The notes beneath the pieces are model-generated. The model did not search any database, had not been told where the DNA came from, and saw only the letters and a program-made list of their open reading frames with translations. A DNA stretch of 63,998 nucleotides, counting the filler, from Octopus bimaculoides (lineage: Eukaryota): the NCBI RefSeq assembly GCF_001194135.2. It is 6 parts of 4 records of this genome, joined end to end, with 100 filler letters (N's around TTAATTAATTAA, not from the genome) between each part and the next. Parts side by side here need not be neighbours in the genome. Positions count along the whole stretch, not along the records: positions 1 to 5,018 come from NC_068992.1; positions 5,119 to 21,645 come from NC_068991.1; 4 more parts are not named here. One strand, given 5' to 3'. Positions 1 through 14,138 of the stretch are shown here, one piece after another. The position numbers and the translations under genes were made by a program. Numbering within the stretch: the first letter of the stretch is position 1; each line of letters opens with the position of its first letter.

Positions 1-36
<36 letters not shown>

Positions 37-730
37 AACATACATATGTACATATATGAATACATACGAACATGTACACATCCGTTCACACACACAGGAA
101 CATATATACATGTACGCATGAATGAATATATCTATCTATACACACACACGCACACATACACGCGCACACACAAACACATATACACAGATGGTTTTGTAAA
201 TTCATCAATGCATACAAAAGACATGTATGAACTTATATTTACAAACAGAACGTAGATTAAGGAAGAATAAGGAAACGAAAGTGTGTACATACATATATAC
301 ACATATGCACATAATGTGTGTGTATATATATGTATATTTATATAGACATACACACATATGTATATAAATGCGTGTGTATATATATATATATATNNNNNNN
401 NNNAAACAAAAGTAAAGAGCTCTCCCATACGGGAGGTGTGTCACGCATTTGCTCTATTCATCCGGTGTAAGTGATACCGGAAGTTAGGCTAAGTGTCATC
501 TATCCCAGCAGTCAACATTCCCCACCCCGTCTGTGTGAAAGCTATAAGGAAATGATCAATTGAAAACAAAGAAAATAACAACAACAACAACACCAGCAGT
601 AATAGCTATTAATTAATCGATGAGTTTAATATGACATGTTGAATGCAAATGCATACGGGTGCACGTGACCTCTGCGAAAATACCATCAGCTCGGTTATTG
701 ATTCGTGGAACCAACGTGTGTGAGTGCACA

Positions 731-844
<114 letters not shown>

Positions 845-1020
845 AATATACATATGCATTTGTATACATACATACAAACGTGCATGTACATCATATGCAT
901 ATATTTATGAGGGCATGCGTCTCTGATCCTATATATGTACACACACACACACATACGTATATGTACGTATATATTTACGTATGTTTATAAATATATGCTC
1001 ATGTATATATATATATATAA

Positions 1021-1297
1021 TAGTGGAGGCGCAATGGCCCAGTGGTTAGGGCAGCGGACTCGCGGTCATAGGATCACGGTTTCAATTCCCAGACCGGGCG
1101 CTGTGAGTGTTTATTGAGCGAAGACATCTAAAGCTCCACGATGCTCCGGCAGGGGATGGTGGCGAACCCTGCTGTACTCTTTCACCACAACTTTCTCTCA
1201 CTCTTACTTCCTGTTTCTGTTGTGACTGTAATTCAAAGGGTCAGCTTTGTCACACTGTGTCACGCTGAATATCCTCGAGAACTACGTTAAGGGTACA
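1021..1297 (+). mobile_element. tRNA-derived SINE (family C), truncated by gap
   Basis: A-box TGGCCCAGTGG, B-box-like GGTTTCAATTCC, non-tRNA body. Confidence 0.8.
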
Positions 1298-2670
1298 CNN
1301 NNNNNNNNNNNNNNNNNNNNNNNNNNNNNNNNNNNNNNNNNNNNNNNNNNNNNNNNNNNNNNNNNNNNNNNNNNNNNNNNNNNNNNNNNNNNNNNNNNNN
1401 NNNNNNNNNNNNNNNNNNNNNNNNNNNNNNNNNNNNNNNNNNNNNNNNNNNNNNNNNNNNNNNNNNNNNNNNNNNNNNNNNNNNNNNNNNNNNNNNNNNN
1501 NNNNNNNNNNNNNNNNNNNNNNNNNNNNNNNNNNNNNNNNNNNNNNNNNNNNNNNNNNNNNNNNNNNNNNNNNNNNNNNNNNNNNNNNNNNNNNNNNNNN
1601 NNNNNNNNNNNNNNNNNNNNNNNNNNNNNNNNNNNNNNNNNNNNNNNNNNNNNNNNNNNNNNNNNNNNNNNNNNNNNNNNNNNNNNNNNNNNNNNNNNNN
1701 NNNNNNNNNNNNNNNNNNNNNNNNNNNNNNNNNNNNNNNNNNNNNNNNNNNNNNNNNNNNNNNNNNNNNNNNNNNNNNNNNNNNNNNNNNNNNNNNNNNN
1801 NNNNNNNNNNNNNNNNNNNNNNNNNNNNNNNNNNNNNNNNNNNNNNNNNNNNNNNNNNNNNNNNNNNNNNNNNNNNNNNNNNNNNNNNNNNNNNNNNNNN
1901 NNNNNNNNNNNNNNNNNNNNNNNNNNNNNNNNNNNNNNNNNNNNNNNNNNNNNNNNNNNNNNNNNNNNNNNNNNNNNNNNNNNNNNNNNNNNNNNNNNNN
2001 NNNNNNNNNNNNNNNNNNNNNNNNNNNNNNNNNNNNNNNNNNNNNNTGTGTATGTGTATGCGCAATAGACGTATGTGAGAGAGTATGTAAAATTTTACAT
2101 ATTGAAATTAATGATTCTACATGATAGAAGTTACGAAACAACTGTAAACATATGGAAGTCATATAGTAAAAATCTGTATTCATCTCTCACACCTCTTGAC
2201 TCTATGCTCTCTCTTTACACACACAGACACGCATACACACACACACGCATACACACACACGCATACACACACACGCATACACACACACGCATACACACAC
2301 ACACGCATACACACACACATACATGTAAATAAATCTATCTATCTATCTATCTGTGTGTCTTAGTGGAAACACAATTAAAGTAACCTGAATAAAATATATA
2401 AATACCCATTGTCTTTGTGCTTTTATAAAAATAATACTCTGTAAGAACATCGTAATCTTGGTGACTAAACTTTGGATTTACATATTGGCCTCTTGAAAAT
2501 TTGTAAACGTTCAGATTACCTCGATTTCTATATTGATAATGGACCCACTTTTTTAGACACATTTTTTTTTCTTCACAGAGAAATTATAAATTACTTCGTT
2601 CGGATCATCGATCCGTATCTTCATTATATATATATATATGTGTATGCATGTATGTATGTATGTATGTATG

Positions 2671-2701
<31 letters not shown>

Positions 2702-3654
2702 CGTGGTTTAAATAATGGTCATTATATATTTGTTGTAGTAAATTTGACTTACAGATGTTTCCAGTAATGATTGTAAGTTCGTTATTGATTGATTTACTCA
2801 ATCAGTCCATTGATCGGTTCAGAAAAACTGAACCATCTAGAGAATTAATGTATGTATATATGTATGTGTGTATGTTTGTATGTATGTATGTATGTATGTA
2901 TGTATGTATATATGTATGTGTGTATGTTTGTATGTATGTATGTATGTATGTATGTATGTATGTATGCATGTATGTATGAATGTATATATATATATATANN
3001 NNNNNNNNNNNNNNNNNNNNNNNNNNNNNNNNNNNNNNNNNNNNNNNNNNNNNNNNNNNNNNNNNNNNNNNNNNNNNNNNNNNNNNNNNNNNNNNNNNNN
3101 NNNNNNNNNNNNNNNNNNNNNNNNNNNNNNNNNNNNNNNNNNNNNNNNNNNNNNNNNNNNNNNNNNNNNNNNNNNNNNNNNNNNNNNNNNNNNNNNNNNN
3201 NNNNNNNNNNNNNNNNNNNNNNNNNNNNNNNNNNNNNNNNNNNNNNNNNNNNNNNNNNNNNNNNNNNNNNNNNNNNNNNNNNNNNNNNNNNNNNNNNNNN
3301 NNNNNNNNNNNNNNNNNNNNNNNNNNNNNNNNNNNNNNNNNNNNNNNNNNNNNNNNNNNNNNNNNNNNNNNNNNNNNNNNNNNNNNNNNNNNNNNNNNNN
3401 NNNNNNNNNNNNNNNNNNNNNNNNNNNNNNNNNNNNNNNNNNNNNNNNNNNNNNNNNNNNNNNNNNNNNNNNNNNNNNNNNNNNNNNNNNNNNNNNNNNN
3501 NNNNNNNNNNNNNNNNNNNNNNNNNNNNNNNNNNNNNNNNNNNNNNNNNNNNNNNNNNNNNNNNNNNNNNNNNNNNNNNNNNNNNNNNNNNNNNNNNNNN
3601 NNNNNNNNNNNNNNNNNNNNNNNNNNNNNNNNNNNNNNNNNNNNNNNNNNNNNN

Positions 3655-4008
3655 ATTTGGCCGGTGTCGACTTGGCTTTTCATCTTTTCATGGTCGATTA
3701 AATAAGTACCTGTTACGCAGTGGGGGTCGATATAATCGACTTAATCCCTTCTCTCAAATTTGAGGCCCTGTGCTTCCGGTTGAAAGGGTTTAAGGCGGCG
3801 AGCTGGCAGAATCGTTAACGTGCCGGACGAAACGCTTAGCGGTATTTACGCCTGTCGCTTCGTTCTGAGTTCAAATTCTGCCGAACTCGACTTTGCATTT
3901 CATCCTTTCGGGTTCAATAAATTAAGTACCAGTGAAATACTGGGGTCGATGTAATTGACTAGTCCCCTCACCGAAAATTTCAGGCCTTGTGCCTTTAGTA
4001 GGATTATT
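3655..4008 (+). mobile_element. tRNA-derived SINE family A: a partial copy plus a full copy (3794-4008)
   Basis: GGCGGCGAGCTGGCAGAA head, GAGTTCAAATTC B-box, central CTTTCATCCTTTCGGGGTCGATAAATTAAGTACC domain; many homologous copies in the window. Confidence 0.85.
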
Positions 4009-4495
4009 GATTGAGAGAGCAATGCGTGTCACCAAAGTGAGACTGAGGTACAAATATACCAAGCCCATTATTAATAATTATTATTAACAGAACAGTGATA
4101 GCATTTGGGTGGTTTCGAATGACTGAATGACTGAATGGATTTCAGCTTTGAGCATCACTGGTCTTAGTTACAAAGTTTCAGGTAAAACATTCTTTTCTTA
4201 TCTTGTTATGTTTCGGGAGGGTCAATATTGAACACACGCACTCTTTCTATTTCACTTCTTTGTTTTTCAATTTGTTAATCATTTTCTAATACGTCGCTCC
4301 TTTTTCATAAAGAGAGAAACATGAGTTTGAGGAAGATTTGGCAGTTTTACTTTTATTGCATGACTGACCATGTACTTGTCCCTTTTGTACTGTTCATCGG
4401 CTGCTATTTCATTTTGCCGCCTAAATGTTTCCTGGGCCTTTTCACCCACTTTTGTTATTTGCTACGTTCCCTCCTCCCCCCTTTCTCATCCTCCC

Positions 4496-4571
4496 CTTCT
4501 TCTTCTTCTTCTTCTTCTTCTTCTTCTTCTTCTTCTTCTTCTTCTTCTTCTTCTTCTTCTTCTTCTTCTTC
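4496..4571. repeat. (CTT)n microsatellite
   Basis: Direct reading. Confidence 0.95.
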
Positions 4572-4790
4572 TCTACCCTCTCTCTCTCTCTCTCCCGCCT
4601 CTATACTGGTGGTAATAGTGATAGTGGAGAGGGTGAATATTGCTTAGTTAGTTATTTCTCTCTCTCTCTCTCTTTCTCCTTCTCGCACACTTTGACGGTC
4701 ATTATTCTTTAGTCTTACCTTTTCATCTCATGGACTTCGTTATTATTTCATGACTTCGAGACAATGAAAACACGTCTATCTATCTATCTG

Positions 4791-4838
<48 letters not shown>

Positions 4839-5018
4839 CTTACTTATCTCTCTGTCTCTCTATGCGTATGTGTTCTTATATATGTGTGTGTGTATGTGTA
4901 CGTATGCACAAATATATATGTATACATATATATATATATATATGCATCTTTAATAATATATTACGCATGTGTATTTATATATACATATGAAAAAAATATA
5001 CATATATATATATATATA

Positions 5019-5118
5019 NNNNNNNNNNNNNNNNNNNNNNNNNNNNNNNNNNNNNNNNNNNNTTAATTAATTAANNNNNNNNNNNNNNNNNNNNNNNNNN
5101 NNNNNNNNNNNNNNNNNN
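5019..5118. other. Artificial scaffold-join spacer (44N-TTAATTAATTAA-44N); also at 21646-21745, 32548-32647, 44482-44581, 60870-60969
   Basis: An identical 12-mer with stops in all six frames sits at the centre of 100-bp gaps five times. Confidence 0.95.
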
Positions 5119-5557
5119 ATATATATATATAAATATATATATATATGCATATATATTCCTGGGCAAGTTATGTTTGCTAAAAAACGTGAATATCTTGAAT
5201 TGTTAAAAAAAAATGAAGTTGCTAAGTAAGTACGAACGTGCGTATAAAATTTCTGCATGCATTTTATTAATGCATACAAACATACGCTAAGACGGTAAAA
5301 CAGATATACATGCATGTACATATTTGCATATATCCCAAAATACATCTATATACAAATGTGTTTGTGTGTGCATATATACATACATACATATATATACATA
5401 CATGCATACGTACATACGCACACACACACACACATACACGCACTCACACACAAACACNNNNNNNNNNNNNNNNNNNNNNNNNNNNNNNNNNNNNNNNNNN
5501 NNNNNNNNNNNNNNNNNNNNNNNNNNNNNNNNNNNNNNNNNNNNNNNNNNNNNNNNN

Positions 5558-5596
<39 letters not shown>

Positions 5597-5625
5597 CCTT
5601 CGTGTGTGTATATATATGTATATAC

Positions 5626-5760
5626 AAGATAGGCTTCTTTCAGCTTCCGTCTACCAAATTCACTGACAAGACTTTGGTCGGCTCGCGACTATATTAGAAG
5701 ACACTTGCCCAAATTTCCACACATGAGCTTGGGAAGCAAGCTGCTTATCATACAGCCACG
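5626..5760 (-). mobile_element. CORE-type SINE family B, 5' half
   Basis: Reverse complement of GTGGTAAG..CTTGCTT..CCTTGGGCAAGTGTCTTCTACTATAGCC..GGATTTGGTAGACGGAAACTGAAAGAAGCC. Another partial copy lies at 7822-7935. Confidence 0.8.
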
Positions 5761-6392
5761 CATGTATCTATGTAGCATGTATGTACGTATGTATGAGTGT
5801 GTTTCGAAACTTCTTTTCTTCATAATGGCTGAAGAAACTGCGTTGAAATAGAATTATTCCAAATTCAAGAAAGATTTGAGGAAGTTACGTGCCCTGAATA
5901 GGGTAATTCTCTCCTACCACAGGTTTTTCCAGAGTAGATATGAAGTCAAGATTGCGCAAATAATGAGTTATTGGTGCCTTACATAATACTTCAGTCTCTA
6001 GCAACTGTAAATCACACTTGACAAATGCATGTGGCTGAACCGTGGAACTCAGTGCAGTGGCAGCAGCTATAAGTGAAGGTCCTTCCTATCATCGACGAGT
6101 AAACTGACACAGTATTTGTTCAAACTGTTGCATCATTCAATGTAAGACTCAAATATTGCCAATGCTTACGCATGTATTGTAGTCACGAAGAAAAGATCGG
6201 AAACTAGATATATTGAATATCTGCTAACATTCGCCAAGAGGCATTGCTTTATACAGAAATAGCAGCTCTGAACAGTTGTCTGTACACAATTAAAAATAAA
6301 GACTAGCCACAAAGCATTTACAGAAGTAAACATTGGATTTTACAGTAATGTGAATATGACATACTGACAAATGCAAAGGAATATTTTAATGT

Positions 6393-6496
<104 letters not shown>

Positions 6497-7622
6497 ACGC
6501 GCACACATGTATATAGTTTCGTATTTAGCAATATAACTTCGTTGTTCATGGTTTCCTGCTCAGATATGTCTGAGTGTGTAACTCCGAATGTTTTAGGCTA
6601 TACAAAGAGTAGTGGTGTTCCAGCATGGCATGACCCTATGACTGAAACAAATAAAACAGTAAAAGAGTATATTTCACTCTCCACTTCTATCGAGTGTGAG
6701 TATAACACACAGAGCGAACTGGCAGAGCATTTATGTGGCATTTATTCCGACTACATGCAATCTAAGTTCAAAACTCAGCTCCTACTCTCGCCTTGTTGGA
6801 TGATAGACTTAATCTGTCAATCCACCACCTGGTCATTGAGTATCTTTTGCAAAGCGTACTTTGTTACAAGTACTTTAGTCCATGCCCCCTATTAGAGAAT
6901 ACATTTATCCTTCCATCTCTGCCCTTCCTCCTGACTAAATGATAAAAAAAAAGTTTGTATAGTGTTAATGATTAAGTTGGCTGACAATAATCAACGAACG
7001 TATTTAGGATTAACAGCTTACTTGTTTAACAGTAGATACACACAGCACACATATTCTTTTAAGAACCCGGAGACAAGAAACACCTCTCTCAACACCTCAG
7101 TAAACTAAAATACGAATGCACTTCGAACATTAATCTCCAGTGATCAGAGGTAAAATTTCTCAAATCCTGGAAGGCTTATCTCATACAGCTCTTGTACCTG
7201 TGAACAGCTTTTCATGTTGATGTTTTCTCTCAAAATTTTAAAATACAAAACAAGTTAATTCTACAAAACTTTATTCTACCTACAAGTTGAGCGTATAACA
7301 GTTCTTTGAGTTATCGTTTTGAAATTCTTTTATCATTTTCAAAGTTTCTTAATGCTTCATACGTACTTTGAATTTGCTCCATGAAACTTTGCTCACATTT
7401 ACGATTTATTTTACATTACTGAATATTATTTATGTAAGCTACGGGTTTTGCACGTACGGACAATATATATCTTTTCTTTTCCTTTTTTTTTTCTCTTCTT
7501 TAGATTACTGAGACTTTATTCTCTCTCTTCTTTACCTTATGATCCAAGACTCCATAAACGCTAAAACTTTCACTTTTTTTCTTTCCTGCTACTTTCTCTC
7601 TTAGTTTGTTACATATATGTTC

Positions 7623-7672
<50 letters not shown>

Positions 7673-7729
7673 ACACACACACACACACATGCATACATGC
7701 ATACATACACACACATACATACATGCATG

Positions 7730-7799
<70 letters not shown>

Positions 7800-8489
7800 C
7801 ATATCTATATGTACATATATAATGGGCTTCTTTCAGTTTCCGTCTGCCAAATTCACTCTCAAGGCTTTAGTCAGCACGAAGCTACAGTAAAAGACATTTG
7901 ACCATGGTGTCAAATGAACCCGAGACCATGTGGTATGTACATGCATACATACATACATACATACATACATACATTCATACATGCATACATACATACATAC
8001 ATACATGCATGCATACATACATACGCATATGTATGTGTGCACGCGTGTGTGTGCACGCGTGTGTGTGAGTGTGTATGAATGCATGTGTGTGTTTGTGTAT
8101 GTAGCAGCTTCACTCAGTTCTATATCACTAAACGTTCTCTAGGTTCATAAGTGTTACTTTATCAGCAGACATACAGAGTCATCCAAAGACGTAGTCGCTC
8201 GTCTGCATCTATAAAGCTTTCATAATTGTAAGATTGAGCCAGTCCATTATTTAACTACATATAACTCCATCTACAGCTGCATTCTTTCATATATCCATCT
8301 ACATTACTTGTGTGCGCGTGTGTCAGTTCATAGATATATCTGTGTATATGTGAGAATATGCATTCGTCTATCTATCTATATGTCTATCTATCTATCTATC
8401 TATCTATATTATATTATATTACATTATATTTATATGATAAATATATATATATATGTGTTTGTGTGTGTGTGTGTGTGGTCATCAGTTTG

Positions 8490-9268
8490 CAGGTAAACCT
8501 CCGATGGTTGGTCAGGAACGGGATTCTCGAGTGATGAAGTAGCATTACAAGAGAGAGCATTTTAAAAGACTTCTTCAAGTGTCATCTATCTCATTAGCAT
8601 ACGTTTATGTCTAAGCAATGTCTTTTTAATTTACTAAACTCCCATAATCTGTTGCTCACTGATATATGCACGTTATTGAAAGCCATTTATTAGCTGATCA
8701 CAAATTTTCATCATATCGTCTATAAGAATTTTTTTCACCTGTGTTCTCTGTGTCACTCTTATCCATATTTAACACCATTTCTGTGTCATTCTTATCCATA
8801 TTCTTCATTCTTATCCCTATTTAACACCATTTCAGCGATTTCCCCATCACTCAAGGAATACACAACAGGTTCATCATTGTCAGTGTTTAACATTTCTTCA
8901 ATTTCCGCTTCTAGATCACCTCCACATTCATATGATAAACTTTTAGCGTAAGGTACAAGTTCTGATATCATCTTCGTCTCATTAGTCACACGAAATCGTC
9001 CGAACTCGTTATCTATAGGGCCATTTTCATCAAACATCATTATTGGCTAAATTTTGTGCCAGGCATTTGTTACTATTGATTTATCAACTTCATTCCAAGC
9101 ATTCGCAACTGAGTAAATGGCACCCTTAAGAGGGAACTCTTTCAGGTAGTCTTGCATTCTTATTCCTTCATTGACTGCATCAAGCACATAGCTCATAAAG
9201 CTATTTTTATAGTTGCTTATCATGGAGTGTAAAATTCCTTCGTTACATTGGGAGGCAAGTAAACGCTA
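8490..9268 (-). mobile_element. Tigger/pogo transposon 3' fragment
   Basis: Minus strand reads ..YLPPN..NEGILHSMISNYKNSF..AIYSVANAWNEV..NAWHKI..DLEAEIEEMLNTDNDEPVVYSLSDGEIAEMVL; CAGGTAAACC TIR-like end at 8490. Confidence 0.75.
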
Positions 9269-9701
9269 ATTTATTTATAAATATATTAACTTTGACTTAC
9301 AAAGATATATTTTTTCCTCTGATAACTAAGTAATTTAGTATTTAATCTAGGAATAATGTTTATGTAAATGAGAATAAGTAGATTACAACAATTATTATAT
9401 ATGATTATATTTTTTTTGAATAATCGTAAATATATGTATTAATTGTGATACAAACTAAGTTTAATAATTTTTATGATTTTTATAATATTGTGAACTTTAG
9501 AGCTTGTATACATATTGCAATATTCTAATTTCGTTACTTCTGAAAGACTTAGTGAAATTTAGATATGAATTTTGTTTTTTATTTATAGTTTATTATCTCT
9601 TTATCTAAGAAATAGTGTAGGTTATAATTATCGTAGATCTATGTTGTTTTTTATTTTTTTTATTTACGAAGTTCTCCCTTCGATAAACTGCGTAAATATG
9701 G

Positions 9702-9950
9702 ACCATTACTTGTTAGTTACTTTTAATAATCTTTATATCAATAACAATAAATAAATGAGAGGTGTTATTATATATTATCATTATATATAATTTATATATT
9801 TTTTCTTTGAGTAATTATAAAAATATGAAAAATAGCACATATAAATAAGTAGTTAGTTGATATGCTAGAAATACGTTTTTTCGAACATGTATAGGCATAT
9901 TTATAGAATAATGATTTACACAATTTATCCATCTCTAAAACTAAGTAAAA
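9702..9950 (+). repeat. AT-rich dispersed repeat, inverted copy of 11217-11471
   Basis: About 250-bp alignment by eye with few mismatches. Confidence 0.8.
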
Positions 9951-10361
9951 CTCTTATACTTTATTTATTTACATATTATTATTATTATTATTATTATTAA
10001 AATGGCCAGTGATTATTTTCTATTTAAATACATTTAGATTAATATTTTGGGAGATATAATAAAAACACTTCTTCACCGTTGTAAATTTTCTTTACTTAAT
10101 TATTTTATCCATTTGCATTTTGTTGTTCTTTTATTGTACTTATGTATTTGAATTGTTAACGCTCGCGCTCCTAAACGTAGATATTTTGAATCAGTTTTTT
10201 GCAGTTTGGCAGTCCTTTTACATGGAATTTCGTTTTTCCTTTTGAACCAAGGCCCTGAACAGACTTGTATATATAGATATGAATTGCTTAAAGATCAAAT
10301 AATGTATATAAGTCGAAACAAATTGTTGGCTTTATTTGTTTTTTTTTTTTTAGATTGGTTA

Positions 10362-10625
10362 TACTCTTTTACTCTTTTACTTCTTTCAGTCATTTGACTG
10401 TGGCCATGTTGAAGCACCGCCTTTAGTCGAACAAATCAACCCCAGGACATATTCTTTTTAAGCCTAGTAGTTATTCTATCAGTCTCTTGTCTCTTTTACC
10501 GAACTGCTAAGTTACGAGGACGTAAAGACACCAGCCTCGGTTGTCAAGCGATGGTGGGGGGACAAACACAGATACACAAACATATTCACACACGCACACA
10601 CACACACACTCACTCACACACACAT
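10362..10625 (-). mobile_element. SINE family B, 3' half
   Basis: Homology to 55560-55750 in reverse orientation. Confidence 0.8.
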
Positions 10626-10632
10626 ATATATA

Positions 10633-10708
<76 letters not shown>

Positions 10709-10984
10709 NNNNNNNNNNNNNNNNNNNNNNNNNNNNNNNNNNNNNNNNNNNNNNNNNNNNNNNNNNNNNNNNNNNNNNNNNNNNNNNNNNNNNNNNNNNN
10801 NNNNNNNNNNNNNNNNNNNNNNNNNNNNNNNNNNNNNNNNNNNNNNNNNNNNNNNNNNNNNNNNNNNNNNNNNNNNNNNNNNNNNNNNNNNNNNNNNNNN
10901 NNNNNNNNNNNNNNNNNNNNNNNNNNNNNNNNNNNNNNNNNNNNNNNNNNNNNNNNNNATATATATATATATATATATATATAA

Positions 10985-11471
10985 CGAAGGAAAAAACGAT
11001 TATATATAGTTGGAATTTACAAAAAAAAAAATAATAAAAAATAAAAGACGAAGACGGGTGTCTAAACAACAAACAGATGTATTAGTTTAACGCTCGGGAA
11101 GTGAGAAAGTCTTTTACATTTCGAGCTACGTTCTTCAACAGAAAAGAACACAGAAATAAGCAGAGAGAGAAAATAAAAGGAGAGAGAAAATAAAAGGAGA
11201 GAGAAAATAAAATGAATTTTACTTGGTTTTAGAGATGGATAAATCGTGTAAATCATTATTTATTCTATAAATATGCCTATATATGTTTGAAAGAACGTAT
11301 TTCTAGTATATCAACTAACTACTTATTTATATGTGCTATTTTTCATATATTTATAATCACTCAATGAAAAATATATAAATTATATATAATAATAATATAT
11401 ATAATAACTCCCCTCATTTATTTATTGTTGTTGATATAAAGATAATTCAAAGTAACTAACAAGTAATGGTT
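10985..11471 (-). mobile_element. Penelope-type terminal (pLTR-like) repeat containing a hammerhead-like motif
   Basis: Homologous to 59065-59200 and, inverted, to 9702-9950; carries CTGTTGA-stem-GAAA motif. Confidence 0.55.
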
Positions 11472-11619
11472 CTTACACACACACACTTATCTTTTTCTCT
11501 TGTATATTGTTATATGATTTGTACGCTGATACATTAAGGAGCCTCATTTTTTTTTTGTTGTTAATTTTACATTAACCTGAAAGACCATTCAATTATTTTG
11601 GGGGAGCACATATTATTAT

Positions 11620-11741
11620 TTAACGAGAAGAGTATTGACAGTGACTTCGAGGGTTTCGGCCTGCTTAGTTTTCTTTAGAATCTCTAATGAAAGCTGGGCG
11701 AACCGAAACTTTGAAGACACTGTCAATAGTTTTCGTGTTAA
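11620..11741. repeat. 122-bp imperfect palindrome
   Basis: Arms TATTGACAGTG..TTTCGG..TTAGA and the reverse complement, around a central ATC loop. Confidence 0.8.
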
Positions 11742-11935
11742 CTAATGATATGTACTCTACAAAAAGTATTGTGCAATCTTTCTGGTTAATGTAAAATTAT
11801 TTTCATTATAACTTTTATTATAACTCTTTCTCGCTGTCTCTCTCCCTCCACCTCTCCCCTCTTTCTATATATATGTATGAATGTATGTATGCATGCCCGT
11901 ATACGTTCCTATGTGTGTGTATGTATATATACAAA

Positions 11936-11997
<62 letters not shown>

Positions 11998-12650
11998 CAG
12001 GCATGCGCAACGGACACTTGACTTGAAGATAAACAAAGAATGAACGTCACAACACCTCTTGTTTACTTTTGCTTAAAATGTCAATAGTAATGAATGCCCC
12101 CTCCATAGATACGTCTGATCAGGAAAGATCGTGAAATTTATTCCTGCACGCATCGACGATCTGAATAAATAAATAAAGCTTTGTTGGTTTAAGATTTTGA
12201 TGAATTATGTGTGCACGTCAGGTTTTTGTGTGTATGTGTGCATGGGTTGTATATATGTGTGCATGTGTTTATATGCAATTTTGTGTGTGTGTGTGTGTGT
12301 GTATGTGCGTGTTTATAAATGTGTGTGTGTGTTTACAAATGTGTATGTGTGTGTGTGTAAATTAATTGGCGTGATTTTATGTGAGTCTTCCCATATGTTA
12401 AAGGTGTGTAGTGTAGTTGTCTATAATTACGATATGGTCTTTCATATTAAGACTCGCACTCCGTTACAACGTTTACACACACACACATTACACAACGCAA
12501 AAACCACACCCACGCAAATAACATATGCATAAAACACACATATATATCACTTCCACATACGTCCGTACACAAATGCACAGGAGTGCAATAAATGTTACAA
12601 AAAATTAATTAAATTTTTTAATTACAATCACATATATGCACATATTTAAT

Positions 12651-12684
<34 letters not shown>

Positions 12685-13459
12685 AACTTACGTACATACA
12701 TACACAATTATACTTGTGTAGGAACACAGATGCAGAAACAGTGGCAGGAAGGTATACGTGTGTAATTGTAGATATGTATATACGTAATACATTGACTGTT
12801 ATATGTATGTAGCTGTGCATGTATGTATGCATGCATGTATGTATGTATGTATGTATGTATGCATGTATGTATGTATTATGTATGTATGTATGCGCGTGTG
12901 CGTATGTATATATGCACGCATGTGTGTATGTATGTATGTATGTATGTATGCATGTGTGCGTATGTATGTATATGTGCACGCATGTATTTATGTATATACA
13001 TGTGTGCATGTGTGTACGAGTTTACATGAAAGTATGTATATGTACTGTATGACTATGTGTGTATGTATATGTGTATGTGTGTATGGATGTATATGTATAA
13101 ATGTGTATGTAGGGATGTATCTATCAATATAAATGTGTAATGCATGTATATGCGAGTTTACATGATGGTATGACTACGTACGTGTGTATGTTTATGTGTG
13201 TACGTATGCATGTGTGTGTCTGTATGTGTATGTATGTATGTTTGTATATATGTGTATAAATATATGTATGAGTGTATGTATATGTATGTATGTATATATG
13301 TATGAGTGTATGTATATGTATGTATGTATGTAGGTAGGTAGGTATGTATGTGTGGATGTATGCATGTCTGTCTATGTGTGTGTTTTCGTCTGTGTATGTA
13401 TTGGCTTATATTGGTTCGCTAGAGCCATGCGGACAGTTCTTCATCCACGTTTCCCCTCG

Positions 13460-13510
13460 TCCTCTTCATCATTATCAACATCATAATATCATCATCATCA
13501 TCATCATCAA

Positions 13511-13546
<36 letters not shown>

Positions 13547-13764
13547 TATCAAGGTCAACAACATCGTAACCTTTATTCTTGTGTTTATTGCTTTTATTAC
13601 TTGTTTATTATTCCCTCTGTTTTCTTATTTGGTTTTGTTTCCCTGCATCTGTAGCCACACCACCACTGCTGACAAATAAAATGTATTATTATAATTATCA
13701 TATTATTACATTATCATTGTTGTTGTTGTTGTTGTTGTTGTTGGCGTCGTCGTTGTCGTCGTCG

Positions 13765-13803
<39 letters not shown>

Positions 13804-14080
13804 CTTTTACTATTATTCTTGTTGTTGTTGTTGTTGTTGTTATTATTACTATTTGCCGAAATTATTGTCAGTATTATTGATATTATTGGTCTTATTTTTA
13901 TCAAAGAAATGAATTTTTTTAAAGAAAAAACAATATTATCGTCATCATTAATGTTATAATGAAAATTACCCGTCACCCATTCGCAAATAAACAAATCATC
14001 ATCATCATCATCATCGTCGTTGTCGTCGTCCATACCGTCATCATCATCATCATCATTATCATCGTCATCATCATCATCAC

Positions 14081-14138
<58 letters not shown>

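Noticed and set aside
1247-3763. Long ORFs of 240-300 aa (also at 58356-59195)
   Set aside because: They run through N-gaps (X residues).
5063-5074. TTAATTAATTAA as a biological repeat, PacI site or CRISPR-like spacer
   Set aside because: Always centred in exactly 100-bp N gaps; it is an assembly linker.
5837-5860. CTGAAGA-AAC TGC GTT-GAAA hammerhead-like string (also a weak one near 12118-12145)
   Set aside because: No supporting stem I/III pairing; plausible by chance.
7140-7410. Apparent two-exon minus-strand fragment with an 85-nt GT-AG intron
   Set aside because: In-frame stops in both pieces, no upstream acceptor in frame, and the sequence resembles MITE internal sequence.
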